A stretch of 64,000 nucleotides of DNA from a virus. Taxonomy: Duplodnaviria > Caudoviricetes. Numbering within the stretch: the first letter of the stretch is position 1; each line of letters begins with the position of its first letter. The notes below the pieces were generated by a model. That model worked only from the letters and a program-made list of their open reading frames with translations, had not been told where the DNA came from and made no database searches. Of the stretch, positions 28,040-36,219 are shown piece after piece. Where the stretch lies: IMG/VR virus record IMGVR_UViG_2595698431_000001, positions 5,392 through 69,391 of that record; one strand, 5' to 3'. The position numbers and the translations under genes are program-made.

Positions 28040-28043
28040 GGGG

Positions 28044-28072
28044 TTGTATTCTACAAATCAATTGTATAGGGT
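28044..28072 (+). promoter_or_regulatory. Early promoter/operator (motif A)
   Basis: TTGTAT-N17-TAGGGT enclosing TACAAATCAATTGTA. Confidence 0.7.
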
Positions 28073-28101
28073 GTCTCTAACAACAGCGGAGACACCCTAT
28101 C

Positions 28102-28308
28102 ATGATTACCATTCAACTCACGGAAGCCGAAGCCGCCCGCATCTTTTATGCACTGTCCGCCGAAGCGGTAGAACACCATTCGAAAATGCGTCACGAAATT
28201 AAAAACGGCGCTTTGTCGGCAGCAAGTGGACGGCTACAAATCATCCACGAAACCGCCCTTGACGAGTGCATGGCGGTTGTCCGTAAAATTGAGGATGCAA
28301 GTCGATGA
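28102..28308 (+). CDS. Small hypothetical protein
   Basis: GGAG RBS. Confidence 0.6.
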   Translation: MITIQLTEAEAARIFYALSAEAVEHHSKMRHEIKNGALSAASGRLQIIHETALDECMAVVRKIEDASR

Positions 28309-28496
28309 ATATTACGCGTGCAAAAATCGCTCAATCAATGGCGGCTCGGGAATACAAAGCTCAACTGAACACCCGGTTCGAGTGGATGGGAAGTTCTAAA
28401 TTCCCTAGCCTGATAGAGCGCGCCAAGATCGAACAGGAAGCCGCCGCGCTTTATGCCCGTATCGCCCGTCAGGCGATGGGCTTGGAGGCAAGATAA
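28305..28496 (+). CDS. Small hypothetical protein
   Basis: ATGA overlap. Confidence 0.55.
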   Translation: MNITRAKIAQSMAAREYKAQLNTRFEWMGSSKFPSLIERAKIEQEAAALYARIARQAMGLEAR

Positions 28497-28732
28497 TGGA
28501 TTACGCAACAGCCCGTGGAATCGTCGATAGTTGGTGGCTTGATCCATCACTTGACGACCGAAAGATGAAGCGCGCGGAACGCGTTGTCATGCCGAGAATG
28601 AACCTGTTCTGTGCTTATAACTTCGGGTTCAAGGCGGCGCTTCAGGAGCGACCGAGAACGGCTAACCCCTTTCCTCCCGGCAGGCGGCGCGATCAATGGG
28701 AACAGGGTTTTAACGATGGTGTGGCACTATGA
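28496..28732 (+). CDS. Small protein with Rmf-like C-terminal motif
   Basis: AYNFGFKAA......NPF.....DQWEQGF. Confidence 0.6.
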   Translation: MDYATARGIVDSWWLDPSLDDRKMKRAERVVMPRMNLFCAYNFGFKAALQERPRTANPFPPGRRRDQWEQGFNDGVAL

Positions 28733-28947
28733 TACGCGATAAATATCGCACGGAGGGTGCAGCGCGCGCCCGGTACGTCAAGAAACACCCCGGCAATGAT
28801 TATTATGTGTGGTGCGAACAAAGCGCTTCGGACCCGCGTTATGACGTCGCGCAAGGCACCTGTGAGGCCGAAGACCTTCCCGACGATATCCGCGCCAAGT
28901 GTGACGCATACGATGGAGCGCATTACGCGTGTGAGTGGCCGCTATGA
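28729..28947 (+). CDS. Small hypothetical protein
   Basis: ATGA overlaps. Confidence 0.6.
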   Translation: MIRDKYRTEGAARARYVKKHPGNDYYVWCEQSASDPRYDVAQGTCEAEDLPDDIRAKCDAYDGAHYACEWPL

Positions 28948-29168
28948 ACAAGCGTAAACTTCAATCCCTCATCAACGCCACGGTTAAGGCGAACAACGCC
29001 TGTCACAAGGCCGAACAGGCGTTGAATGAATTCTGCGAAGATGAATGGGGATTCGTACCGGTTGACCGGGATTGTGACAACATCATTGACAGCGTTTACG
29101 GCGGTTGCGGACAAAGCACCGGCATGAGTGCGCAAGGTTTTATCGATGACATGGAAGCAAGCAAATGA
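28944..29168 (+). CDS. Small hypothetical protein
   Basis: ATGA overlaps. Confidence 0.6.
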   Translation: MNKRKLQSLINATVKANNACHKAEQALNEFCEDEWGFVPVDRDCDNIIDSVYGGCGQSTGMSAQGFIDDMEASK

Positions 29169-29491
29169 GCCGAATTGAAATCAGCCACAACGCAACGCCA
29201 CTGTCGCGTGAACTCTACGTGTTCGACCACAATGCATGGCAGCGCGGCACCCGGCTTGTAAGCTATGCGCAACAGACGCGCGCAACGACCCGGCACAAGT
29301 TCAAGGGTCCTGTTTGGGACAGTAACGATGAACGAATATACATGAACGGAAGTCAGCTTGCCCGCCCGACGGAGATTCCCGGCGAAGTTCTGGAATCGCT
29401 GAAGAAGGAACTTATCGACGAGGTTCTTTCAATGACGCTGTTCGTCGGATGGTTCAACGAGAAGCACGTTTACAAGGACAATCTGAAATGA
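29165..29491 (+). CDS. Hypothetical protein
   Basis: ATGA overlaps. Confidence 0.6.
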   Translation: MSRIEISHNATPLSRELYVFDHNAWQRGTRLVSYAQQTRATTRHKFKGPVWDSNDERIYMNGSQLARPTEIPGEVLESLKKELIDEVLSMTLFVGWFNEKHVYKDNLK

Positions 29492-29775
29492 ACAGGCATA
29501 AGAGGGAGATAACCCGTGCGATCATTCGTTCGCTTCGTGAGACGCCGGAGAATTGGGATATCGGACCCCATACCGCAAGACACAAACAGCTTCCAATCGA
29601 ACTCTGGATTTCTAACCGCTACTACGGCACCCGATGGTCGTTCGGCGCGATACGATCCACACAGGATGATGTTCACGTTCTTTGGTGGTTGAACCCGTGG
29701 CAATGGTGGCGCGTCGATCTCATCCGCGCCGTTGAATACGCACAATCGAAACAGTTGCAGGATTATCGGATATGA
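29488..29775 (+). CDS. Trp-rich hypothetical protein
   Basis: ATGA overlaps. Confidence 0.6.
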   Translation: MNRHKREITRAIIRSLRETPENWDIGPHTARHKQLPIELWISNRYYGTRWSFGAIRSTQDDVHVLWWLNPWQWWRVDLIRAVEYAQSKQLQDYRI

Positions 29776-29960
29776 CCGTCACACGTGTCGGAAAACATGG
29801 CATGGCCTATAGCAGTGACTTCCTCAATCAGCTTTACGACGATCTGAAACAACTTGCAGCCGACGTCGACGACACGCGCCTTTCGGTAGTGCTGCACAAG
29901 GCGGCAAGCACTGTGAACATCGTCAAGGGAATGAACGAAGCGGAAAGGGTGCGGGAATGA
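29772..29960 (+). CDS. Small hypothetical protein
   Basis: ATGA overlaps. Confidence 0.55.
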   Translation: MTVTRVGKHGMAYSSDFLNQLYDDLKQLAADVDDTRLSVVLHKAASTVNIVKGMNEAERVRE

Positions 29961-30247
29961 AAAAGCTTTCTCCCGCTCAAGAATCGATCATGCGTAATCT
30001 GGCTAAGACAAACGGTTTCAGCCAGATTTGGGGAGGGACACCCCTTGCGAGTTATCAGGTTCTAGAACGGCGGGGCCTGATAAAAGTAAATTTCCATTCA
30101 CCTGTTAAGGCCGGTGTGGAAATGACCGACGAAGGAAAGAGGCTATTTCCACTAAAATATTCATACTGCTTGAAGTGCGACGAAGAAAAACCAGTTGACG
30201 AAGCCGTATGTTTACATTGCGGGGAACCGGCACCGTGGGCAAAATAA
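29957..30247 (+). CDS. Winged-helix-like protein with C-terminal zinc ribbon
   Basis: LSPAQ...LERRGLI...MTDEGK; CLKC...CLHC. Confidence 0.6.
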   Translation: MKKLSPAQESIMRNLAKTNGFSQIWGGTPLASYQVLERRGLIKVNFHSPVKAGVEMTDEGKRLFPLKYSYCLKCDEEKPVDEAVCLHCGEPAPWAK

Positions 30248-30251
30248 TCGC

Positions 30252-30280
30252 TTGACGACTACAAATCATTTGTATAGGTT
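30252..30280 (+). promoter_or_regulatory. Early promoter/operator (motif A)
   Basis: TTGACG-N17-TAGGTT enclosing perfect TACAAATCATTTGTA. Confidence 0.75.
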
Positions 30281-30307
30281 GCTCTTAACGAAACAGGGGT
30301 TACCGAC

Positions 30308-30484
30308 ATGATTTCTATCAGCGCACCAGTTCTTGCAAACCTCACGACCGACACGCTTCGGAAGATGCAGGCTGAACTTTTGGCAAGCGTCGAAGCACTT
30401 CGCGCCGATGATATTCGTCCTGCCAAGGGCGTGACAAAAGCCATCATGGAAATTCATGAAGTTCTCGTTCGTAGGGAGGCATGA
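30308..30484 (+). CDS. Small hypothetical protein (58 aa; not in ORF track)
   Basis: AGGGG RBS after a motif-A promoter. Confidence 0.6.
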   Translation: MISISAPVLANLTTDTLRKMQAELLASVEALRADDIRPAKGVTKAIMEIHEVLVRREA

Positions 30485-30485
30485 C

Positions 30486-30692
30486 ATGAATTTCACACTT
30501 GTTCGTATCGAAAACGGTCGCACGCTTTGCACGGATATGCAGACACACGAAGACAAGTATATCGGTATCGGTGCTTCGTTTAAGGCAAAGGTCTGGAAGA
30601 CGCGGCGCGGTGTGGAAGGCTTTCTTGATGATCGCCCCGAAATGCGTCGGTTCTATCGGGTCAATGAGGTTCAACCGGGGATGTGGAAATGA
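30486..30692 (+). CDS. Small hypothetical protein
   Basis: GGAGG RBS. Confidence 0.55.
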   Translation: MNFTLVRIENGRTLCTDMQTHEDKYIGIGASFKAKVWKTRRGVEGFLDDRPEMRRFYRVNEVQPGMWK

Positions 30693-31003
30693 AGCCGGGT
30701 TTATATTTCGCTTCTTTCGATGACAGTGAGCGGGTGGTTATCGCCTGTCCAGTGTACGTGGAAAAGGCTGGCGACGACATTTTTCGTGCATCGTTGCTTG
30801 ACGGAAGCCGCCGTTATTTCACGATAGAAACGGATAACCCGTATCGGAATAAACATCCTGACGTTTTCAGGATCGGTAAGGACGTCGGTCTTGTTTACTC
30901 GGTCATTTTCAGCACCGAAGCGGAATATCGGGTCACATGGCACGGGGAAATGAAGAACCCCAGAAAACACCCGAAGGTCGGGGATAGAGTGGAGGGTGAA
31001 TAA
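30689..31003 (+). CDS. Hypothetical protein
   Basis: ATGA overlap. Confidence 0.6.
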   Translation: MKPGLYFASFDDSERVVIACPVYVEKAGDDIFRASLLDGSRRYFTIETDNPYRNKHPDVFRIGKDVGLVYSVIFSTEAEYRVTWHGEMKNPRKHPKVGDRVEGE

Positions 31004-31217
31004 CGTGCCTATCAAAATCAAGCGCCGCGCGGTGTGTCTTAACGAATTGCTGGCACGCGGCGTCATCACTTTCGAAAAGCCCCGGATTGTTTGGGTGCCT
31101 GAAAAGAAAATGTGGCGGGCATTCAAACCGAGTGATCCTGAATTTTGGGTCGAACTCGAAAATCTTTCTGACCTTGTTCACATCGCCTATCATGGCGCAA
31201 CTATGGAGAGTGAATAA
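30996..31217 (+). CDS. Small hypothetical protein
   Basis: Packed in operon. Confidence 0.5.
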   Translation: MNNVPIKIKRRAVCLNELLARGVITFEKPRIVWVPEKKMWRAFKPSDPEFWVELENLSDLVHIAYHGATMESE

Positions 31218-31218
31218 A

Positions 31219-31455
31219 ATGGCAAAGCGTCTCACTGAAATTGACGTCGAAATCGGCAAGCGTCTGCGCAACCTGCGCACCGCGCGGGGCATGTCTCAAA
31301 CTGTTCTAGCCGAAGGGCTGAACATCACCTTTCAACAGGTGCAGAAATACGAATACGGGCGGAACCGTCTGTCGTGCGCAACCATGCTTCAGGCGTGCCG
31401 GGTTCTCGGTTGCCAGCCTGTGGACATTATCGGGGAGCTTCAGGTCGATGCTTAA
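31219..31455 (+). CDS. XRE-family helix-turn-helix regulator
   Basis: DVEIGKRLR..R..RGMSQ..LA..L.ITFQQVQKYE.G.NR (alphaproteobacterial XRE signature). Confidence 0.85.
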   Translation: MAKRLTEIDVEIGKRLRNLRTARGMSQTVLAEGLNITFQQVQKYEYGRNRLSCATMLQACRVLGCQPVDIIGELQVDA

Positions 31456-31666
31456 TTTCGAACCGAAAGTGAAGACGGTTGAAATCACCGTTCAGGAAGG
31501 GACAACAAGACTTAGCCAATCCACTGTCGCCGATGTGGTCAAAGCTTACATGCGCGAACGGCACCGGAACATCCACCCGTCGGATGAAATCCGTGTGAGT
31601 TTCCTTGACCCGAACAGGACGGATGACGCTGTTATTGTAACGGTGACGCGCCATGAGCAAGGTTAG
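31448..31666 (+). CDS. Small hypothetical protein
   Basis: Packed in operon. Confidence 0.55.
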   Translation: MLNFEPKVKTVEITVQEGTTRLSQSTVADVVKAYMRERHRNIHPSDEIRVSFLDPNRTDDAVIVTVTRHEQG

Positions 31667-31886
31667 TTTCTCGTTGCCGCAGCACCTTACCGACGATCTG
31701 CTTCAGCGATTGCAGCGGGCGCAGGTCAAGGAGGACGAAGAATTCGCCAAGGCGCTTGCTGTGGCGCGTTCAGCCGGGGTGAAGGTGATTTCCCGGCTCG
31801 ACAGGAATAACCCGCTGTACGTCGACAAGCGGACCCGTCAGCCCGTCGGCGGTATCGAACTTAACAGGAGGCTTGCGCGGCTATGA
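31653..31886 (+). CDS. Small hypothetical protein
   Basis: Packed in operon. Confidence 0.55.
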   Translation: MSKVSFSLPQHLTDDLLQRLQRAQVKEDEEFAKALAVARSAGVKVISRLDRNNPLYVDKRTRQPVGGIELNRRLARL

Positions 31887-32049
31887 GCATTCCGAATGAA
31901 GAATCCCTGACCATGACGTTCACAGCGCATGAGTGGCGTTTGCTGGCGATAGCCGCCGTCAAGGTTAAATCCAGTGTCTTCATCAATGGCGCGGCGTGTT
32001 CGGCGACGCTGAAAAATGTCGCCGAACGAATTCTGAAGGAAACAGGGAA

Positions 32050-32238
32050 ATGAAACGGTTCAAGCTGGTCATCGTCAGGAAATACGGCGACGTCGAAACA
32101 GTCGACATTTACGCCGGGGATTTCGCCGAGATGCAGGCGAATGACCGATACACCAAGGAAAGAAAACGTAGCGCGAATGTGTATGTCGCGCTGTTCGAAG
32201 GTCGGAAATTAATCAAGCAAAGCCGGAGATTTCAATAA
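32050..32238 (+). CDS. Small hypothetical protein
   Basis: AGGA RBS; ATG MKRFKL. Confidence 0.55.
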   Translation: MKRFKLVIVRKYGDVETVDIYAGDFAEMQANDRYTKERKRSANVYVALFEGRKLIKQSRRFQ

Positions 32239-32245
32239 TAACCCC

Positions 32246-32274
32246 TTGCAAGATTATTTTGCATCGCGTATAAA
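32246..32274 (+). promoter_or_regulatory. Sigma70-type promoter overlapping motif C
   Basis: TTGCAA-N17-TATAAA; includes TTGCAAGATTATTTTGCA. Confidence 0.7.
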
Positions 32275-32279
32275 CGGTT

Positions 32280-32393
32280 TGCCTGACTGGTAATCAGGTA
32301 TCGAAAGACGAAACAGACTCCTCGTTTTGTCTAGTAGGAAGAAGGGGCGGGTTAACAGGTGGTGCTGGACCATAACGCCCCTTCTTACTTTTT
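32280..32393 (+). ncRNA. Candidate ~110-nt small RNA with anti-Shine-Dalgarno loop
   Basis: Own promoter, three hairpins, loop AGACTCCTC, terminal stem plus T-run, no ORF with an RBS. Confidence 0.6.
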
Positions 32394-32398
32394 AGCCC

Positions 32399-32427
32399 TT
32401 GACCACTACAAATGATTTGTATAGATT
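32399..32427 (+). promoter_or_regulatory. Early promoter/operator (motif A)
   Basis: TTGACC-N17-TAGATT enclosing TACAAATGATTTGTA. Confidence 0.75.
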
Positions 32428-32462
32428 GCCCTCATGTTCAACACGACATGAGGGCTTTTTTC

Positions 32463-33035
32463 ATGATTAACATTCCTGAAAGCGTATCTTTGGAAGGCAA
32501 CGAAGCGGCTTATGTCGCCGGGGCATACGCTCGAATTCGCAACAACGCCGCCAAGACGTTCAACAAGCGCATTCACGAAGACGCGGAATTTGCTGCACTT
32601 GTGACGTTCATCGAACGCAAGGCAAATGGCGGTTCGGGGTTCTTCGTCAGCATCAAGAAGGCAATCAACGATAACGGCAAAATGTCCGAAAAGCAGGAAG
32701 CTACTTGCCGCCGCATCATGGCTGAAGATGCTGCCCGCATGGCCGATCTGCGCGCCCGTGACGCCGGTTCTGAATTCGTCGGCAAGCTCAAGGAACGCCG
32801 CCTGTTCACCGTCGAGATTACCGGATTCAAAGCCATGGTTGATTTCGCAGGTGACCCCGATGGTTTCTTTCACGCTCTCAAGGACGACGCGGGCAATGTG
32901 CTTGTTTATCGTGGCTCGGTAAAGCTCGGCGAAAAGGGCGAAACCGTAACGGTGAAGGCGACCGTCAAGAAGCATCATGACAACAAGGGTGTGAAGACCA
33001 CCTATATCAACCGCCCCGTGGTACAGGAGAATTGA
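32463..33035 (+). CDS. Hypothetical protein with probable C-terminal OB-fold
   Basis: SEFVG..KER...KDDAGNVLVY...TVKATVKKH....GVKTTYINRP. Confidence 0.7.
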   Translation: MINIPESVSLEGNEAAYVAGAYARIRNNAAKTFNKRIHEDAEFAALVTFIERKANGGSGFFVSIKKAINDNGKMSEKQEATCRRIMAEDAARMADLRARDAGSEFVGKLKERRLFTVEITGFKAMVDFAGDPDGFFHALKDDAGNVLVYRGSVKLGEKGETVTVKATVKKHHDNKGVKTTYINRPVVQEN

Positions 33036-33036
33036 C

Positions 33037-33360
33037 ATGAACAAGGATCGCCGAAACAGACTGGATAAACTTCAGGATCGCTTGACGGCAGCGCGCGAAA
33101 CATTCGAAGCCGCTGCGTCAGCATTCGCCGAAGAACTCGAAGATATCATGACGACGCTGGACACCATCCGGGATGAAGAAGCGGATGTTTACGACAACAT
33201 CAAGAACGAAGACCACAAGCAACGGTCTGACGATGCGATGACGTCGATGGATTCGGCGCGGTCGCATATCGACAACCTGCTAGACAACGTCAACAACATC
33301 GATTTCGACGATTGCGGCGAAGCGTTCAACCAGCTTGAAGAAGCCAAGGGTGAAGCATGA
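33037..33360 (+). CDS. Acidic helical hypothetical protein
   Basis: MNKDRR...IRDEEAD.YDN pattern; AGGAG RBS. Confidence 0.7.
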   Translation: MNKDRRNRLDKLQDRLTAARETFEAAASAFAEELEDIMTTLDTIRDEEADVYDNIKNEDHKQRSDDAMTSMDSARSHIDNLLDNVNNIDFDDCGEAFNQLEEAKGEA

Positions 33361-33521
33361 AGCTGACCGTCGCCGATAACTTCCCGGCACCGCCGATGTT
33401 CGCTAGGGAAATGAGGCGGGCGGATAAGAACCTGAAGCCACCTGACACGTTCTACGAAATCACTGAAAAAGGAAAACAGTGGTTGACCGCTAGAGCAACG
33501 GAGATACCCGGCGATGCGTAA
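33357..33521 (+). CDS. Small hypothetical protein (54 aa; not in ORF track)
   Basis: ATGA overlap; FYEITEKGKQWL. Confidence 0.5.
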   Translation: MKLTVADNFPAPPMFAREMRRADKNLKPPDTFYEITEKGKQWLTARATEIPGDA

Positions 33522-33705
33522 TACACAACGGCTTCTTACGGCTAATATTGTCGGCCTGTGCGGGTTTGTTTTCCTGATTATGATTTTCGCTGTCTGTGCG
33601 GTGCTACGCATGGAACACCCGGAATACGCCCTTATTCCGTTGCCTATCCCTTATGTCATCGGCTGGATTTGGTCCGATAAAATAGACGAATGGCTTGATG
33701 ATTAG
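33514..33705 (+). CDS. Small two-TM membrane protein
   Basis: GGAG RBS; hydrophobic. Confidence 0.6.
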   Translation: MRNTQRLLTANIVGLCGFVFLIMIFAVCAVLRMEHPEYALIPLPIPYVIGWIWSDKIDEWLDD

Positions 33706-33715
33706 GGGTTGTATT

Positions 33716-33767
33716 CTACAAATCATTTGTATAAGGTAATTCCAGATCAACAGGAGATACCGACATG
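33716..33767 (+). repeat. 52-bp promoter-operator-RBS-ATG module, copy 2
   Basis: Identical to 27268-27319; -35 TTGTAT at 33709. Confidence 0.9.
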
Positions 33768-33965
33768 ATTAATACGAAGCTCAAGGCGCGCAACACTGTC
33801 AACGAACGGGAAATCGTTCTTGTAGATGCGTCCGGTGACACCGTCGCGCGGTTCGAAAGTGCACCGTATTTTTACATCGTCACCGGGTTCAAGAGCGCGG
33901 AAGCTTACAACGAGCATCACGCCGATGAGCCTGTCAAGTTCCTCGTATGGAAGCGGAAGCATTGA
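33765..33965 (+). CDS. Small hypothetical protein
   Basis: AGGAG RBS. Confidence 0.65.
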   Translation: MINTKLKARNTVNEREIVLVDASGDTVARFESAPYFYIVTGFKSAEAYNEHHADEPVKFLVWKRKH

Positions 33966-33966
33966 C

Positions 33967-34158
33967 ATGCTCGTGTTCGTCATCCTCATCAATCTGGCAA
34001 ACGGTCAACAGATCGAAGCGTATCGATCGGAGCCTATGACCTTCGTCGAGTGCGACAAGCGTCAGCGCACCGTGTGGGCTGGGGGTTGGCCTACGGCCTT
34101 TGTCGACGATCAAGGGGAAGCGCCTGTTATAGACGCCGCCTGTGTGCCGCATGGATGA
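33967..34158 (+). CDS. Small hypothetical protein
   Basis: Hydrophobic N-terminus; C-terminal ACVP. Confidence 0.55.
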   Translation: MLVFVILINLANGQQIEAYRSEPMTFVECDKRQRTVWAGGWPTAFVDDQGEAPVIDAACVPHG

Positions 34159-34381
34159 ACCGCGCTGGTATCTGAAAATAGAGGGAAAGTGGGTTTATAG
34201 CGAAGATGGGGCGATAAAGGCGCATGAGTTCAATTATGCGGAAGCTTTCACCTTCATAGAGGCCGCACACGTGGCCGGTCTTCTTCGGGCTTTTTACCCT
34301 GACAAGTTAATTGAATCTCGCAGGTGTAACGCCGATGAATTCGCGCTGCCTGAAAATATGAGGAAAATAATCAATGCATGA
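34151..34381 (+). CDS. Small hypothetical protein
   Basis: Packed in operon. Confidence 0.5.
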   Translation: MDEPRWYLKIEGKWVYSEDGAIKAHEFNYAEAFTFIEAAHVAGLLRAFYPDKLIESRRCNADEFALPENMRKIINA

Positions 34382-34745
34382 CCAGAAAACGAAAGACCAG
34401 ATTGCGGCTATCATGTTGATGACCGGCAATAAGGCGAAGGTCGCTGAAGCCGTTGCGCACTTTCGGGGCGTCGATCCTGACGACCACTACAAGCGTTGCG
34501 CCGAAGCGTTCGAAACGTTGCGCGACACCATCGGCCACGGCTACGCCGAAGGGGATATCGAAGCGATTACGCGTATCGTTGTCGCGCGCCTGAAGGATTG
34601 GGACCGCCTGACGATGTTCGACGGCAAACAATCATACACTCTGACCGAACCGCTTATCGCGGCGGTTGAGGCAACGAAAGGACGTATTGTAACCATCGGC
34701 GTCCTCACGGACCTTCACATGCGGCTGAACGGGGCGAAACGATGA
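34374..34745 (+). CDS. Hypothetical protein
   Basis: GAGG RBS. Confidence 0.65.
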   Translation: MHDQKTKDQIAAIMLMTGNKAKVAEAVAHFRGVDPDDHYKRCAEAFETLRDTIGHGYAEGDIEAITRIVVARLKDWDRLTMFDGKQSYTLTEPLIAAVEATKGRIVTIGVLTDLHMRLNGAKR

Positions 34746-35083
34746 AGTGCAAGAACTGTGGAAGCTACTTGCAAAGCTGGTTCCCTTCGAACCGCGTGAA
34801 CTCCGTCGCTGTTGATGGTCGCCTGAAGTCGAATGAAATATCCTGTGATTTTGTTTTGGGTTGTGACCTGTGTTCGGAAACGCTGCGCGTCTTACCGGCT
34901 GAAGAAATCGCCAGTCAGATGAACGCGGTTATCTATCTGGTCCTTCATCACGGGCGGCTGTCGTTTACTGCGTCGGACATGGAGGGCGTCAATCGTGTTC
35001 TGAAGGAATTCAAGAAAGACCCGGATGAATTTGAAGTTTACCGGACTGTGCCGGTGACATTGAAGAAGGAAGATTTCGAATGA
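34742..35083 (+). CDS. Hypothetical zinc-ribbon protein
   Basis: CKNC...LGCDLCSETL. Confidence 0.65.
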   Translation: MKCKNCGSYLQSWFPSNRVNSVAVDGRLKSNEISCDFVLGCDLCSETLRVLPAEEIASQMNAVIYLVLHHGRLSFTASDMEGVNRVLKEFKKDPDEFEVYRTVPVTLKKEDFE

Positions 35084-35790
35084 AGATCAACATGAACGAT
35101 AAGGTTCGGCTGAAGCTGACCGAACACGGGCATATGGCAATGGCTATGTGCGAGTACCTGAAATACGACAAGGTCGACGCCGACGGCTGGCTTGAATTGC
35201 ACCTATGGGAAGCGATGCTTGTGTTCGGCCCCTTCATGTTCAATGGCAATCCGAACCTTCCGTTTGAAACGAACATCGAACTGAAGCCGTCGGTTGAAGC
35301 TATCAAACGTGAAGATAAAATTTCACAAGACGAGATCGCGCTATTGTTCCCCGACGGTTTGCCGGTGGAACTTATGAAGGTGATGTTCCCGGAAATGTCC
35401 GAACCGCTGACGTCCGATGAACTCCGGTTCCTCATGAAGTTCGTAGCGCTTGATCGTGAATACACAGTCGGCCCTAAGACCTTCGAGCGGGTGTTCAACG
35501 CGGCTGGCCTCACGAACCTGTCGGACCTTCAGGCGGTCATGGATGCTATTGAACGTGCGCTGACAATCAAGCCGCTCGAATGGAAGCGGGGCGATTATAT
35601 CAGTTCGGCGAAGTCGGTAGATACGCTGTCATTCAATGCGCAGTACATCGGTGACGGTGATGACGGATGGATGCTTCATTCCTATCTCACGAATGAGACG
35701 AAGCGAACTCGCCACCCGTCGCGGGAAGAAGCGGAAGCCGCTGCGCAGGAACAGCATGAAACGGCTGTGGGGAAATATCTACAGGGTTGA
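35080..35790 (+). CDS. Mosaic hypothetical protein
   Basis: NMNDKVRLKLTEHG...LWEAM..FG N-terminal module; IKPLEW...EAEAAAQ C-terminal module. Confidence 0.7.
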   Translation: MKINMNDKVRLKLTEHGHMAMAMCEYLKYDKVDADGWLELHLWEAMLVFGPFMFNGNPNLPFETNIELKPSVEAIKREDKISQDEIALLFPDGLPVELMKVMFPEMSEPLTSDELRFLMKFVALDREYTVGPKTFERVFNAAGLTNLSDLQAVMDAIERALTIKPLEWKRGDYISSAKSVDTLSFNAQYIGDGDDGWMLHSYLTNETKRTRHPSREEAEAAAQEQHETAVGKYLQG

Positions 35791-35819
35791 CCGGGATAGA
35801 ACCACGCAACGAATAATCA

Positions 35820-35851
35820 GGGGCTAGGGTAACACCGGCCCCTTTTATTTT
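35820..35851 (+). terminator. Intrinsic terminator
   Basis: GGGGC...GCCCC stem followed by TTTTATTTT. Confidence 0.6.
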
Positions 35852-36219
35852 GCCTGTGCCTGTGGCCCCGTAAAGTGAATTGGTGGTGATATGCGGTCGC
35901 CACGTCGGAAGATACCGCTGAAGCCGCGCCGCTACTGTGCGCGCCGCTACGTCGACGATGGGGCATGTGCAGGACATGAACAGGAAATCGCTTAGCTCGG
36001 CTGATACGGTCGATCCCTGAACAACCATGCAAAGCGATGATTTCGGGAAGCGCAAACCGGTGTGTTTGAAGATCATGCCGAACGAACTGACATAGGCCAC
36101 CCGTAATTCGTAATCCCCATGACGCATGATGCACCAATCATCCTTACGAAGAACCATTCGGATTTTCGTTGCGTACTTGCAGGGGTGATAAACGCCGAAT
36201 TCGAGATTGTAAAACATGC

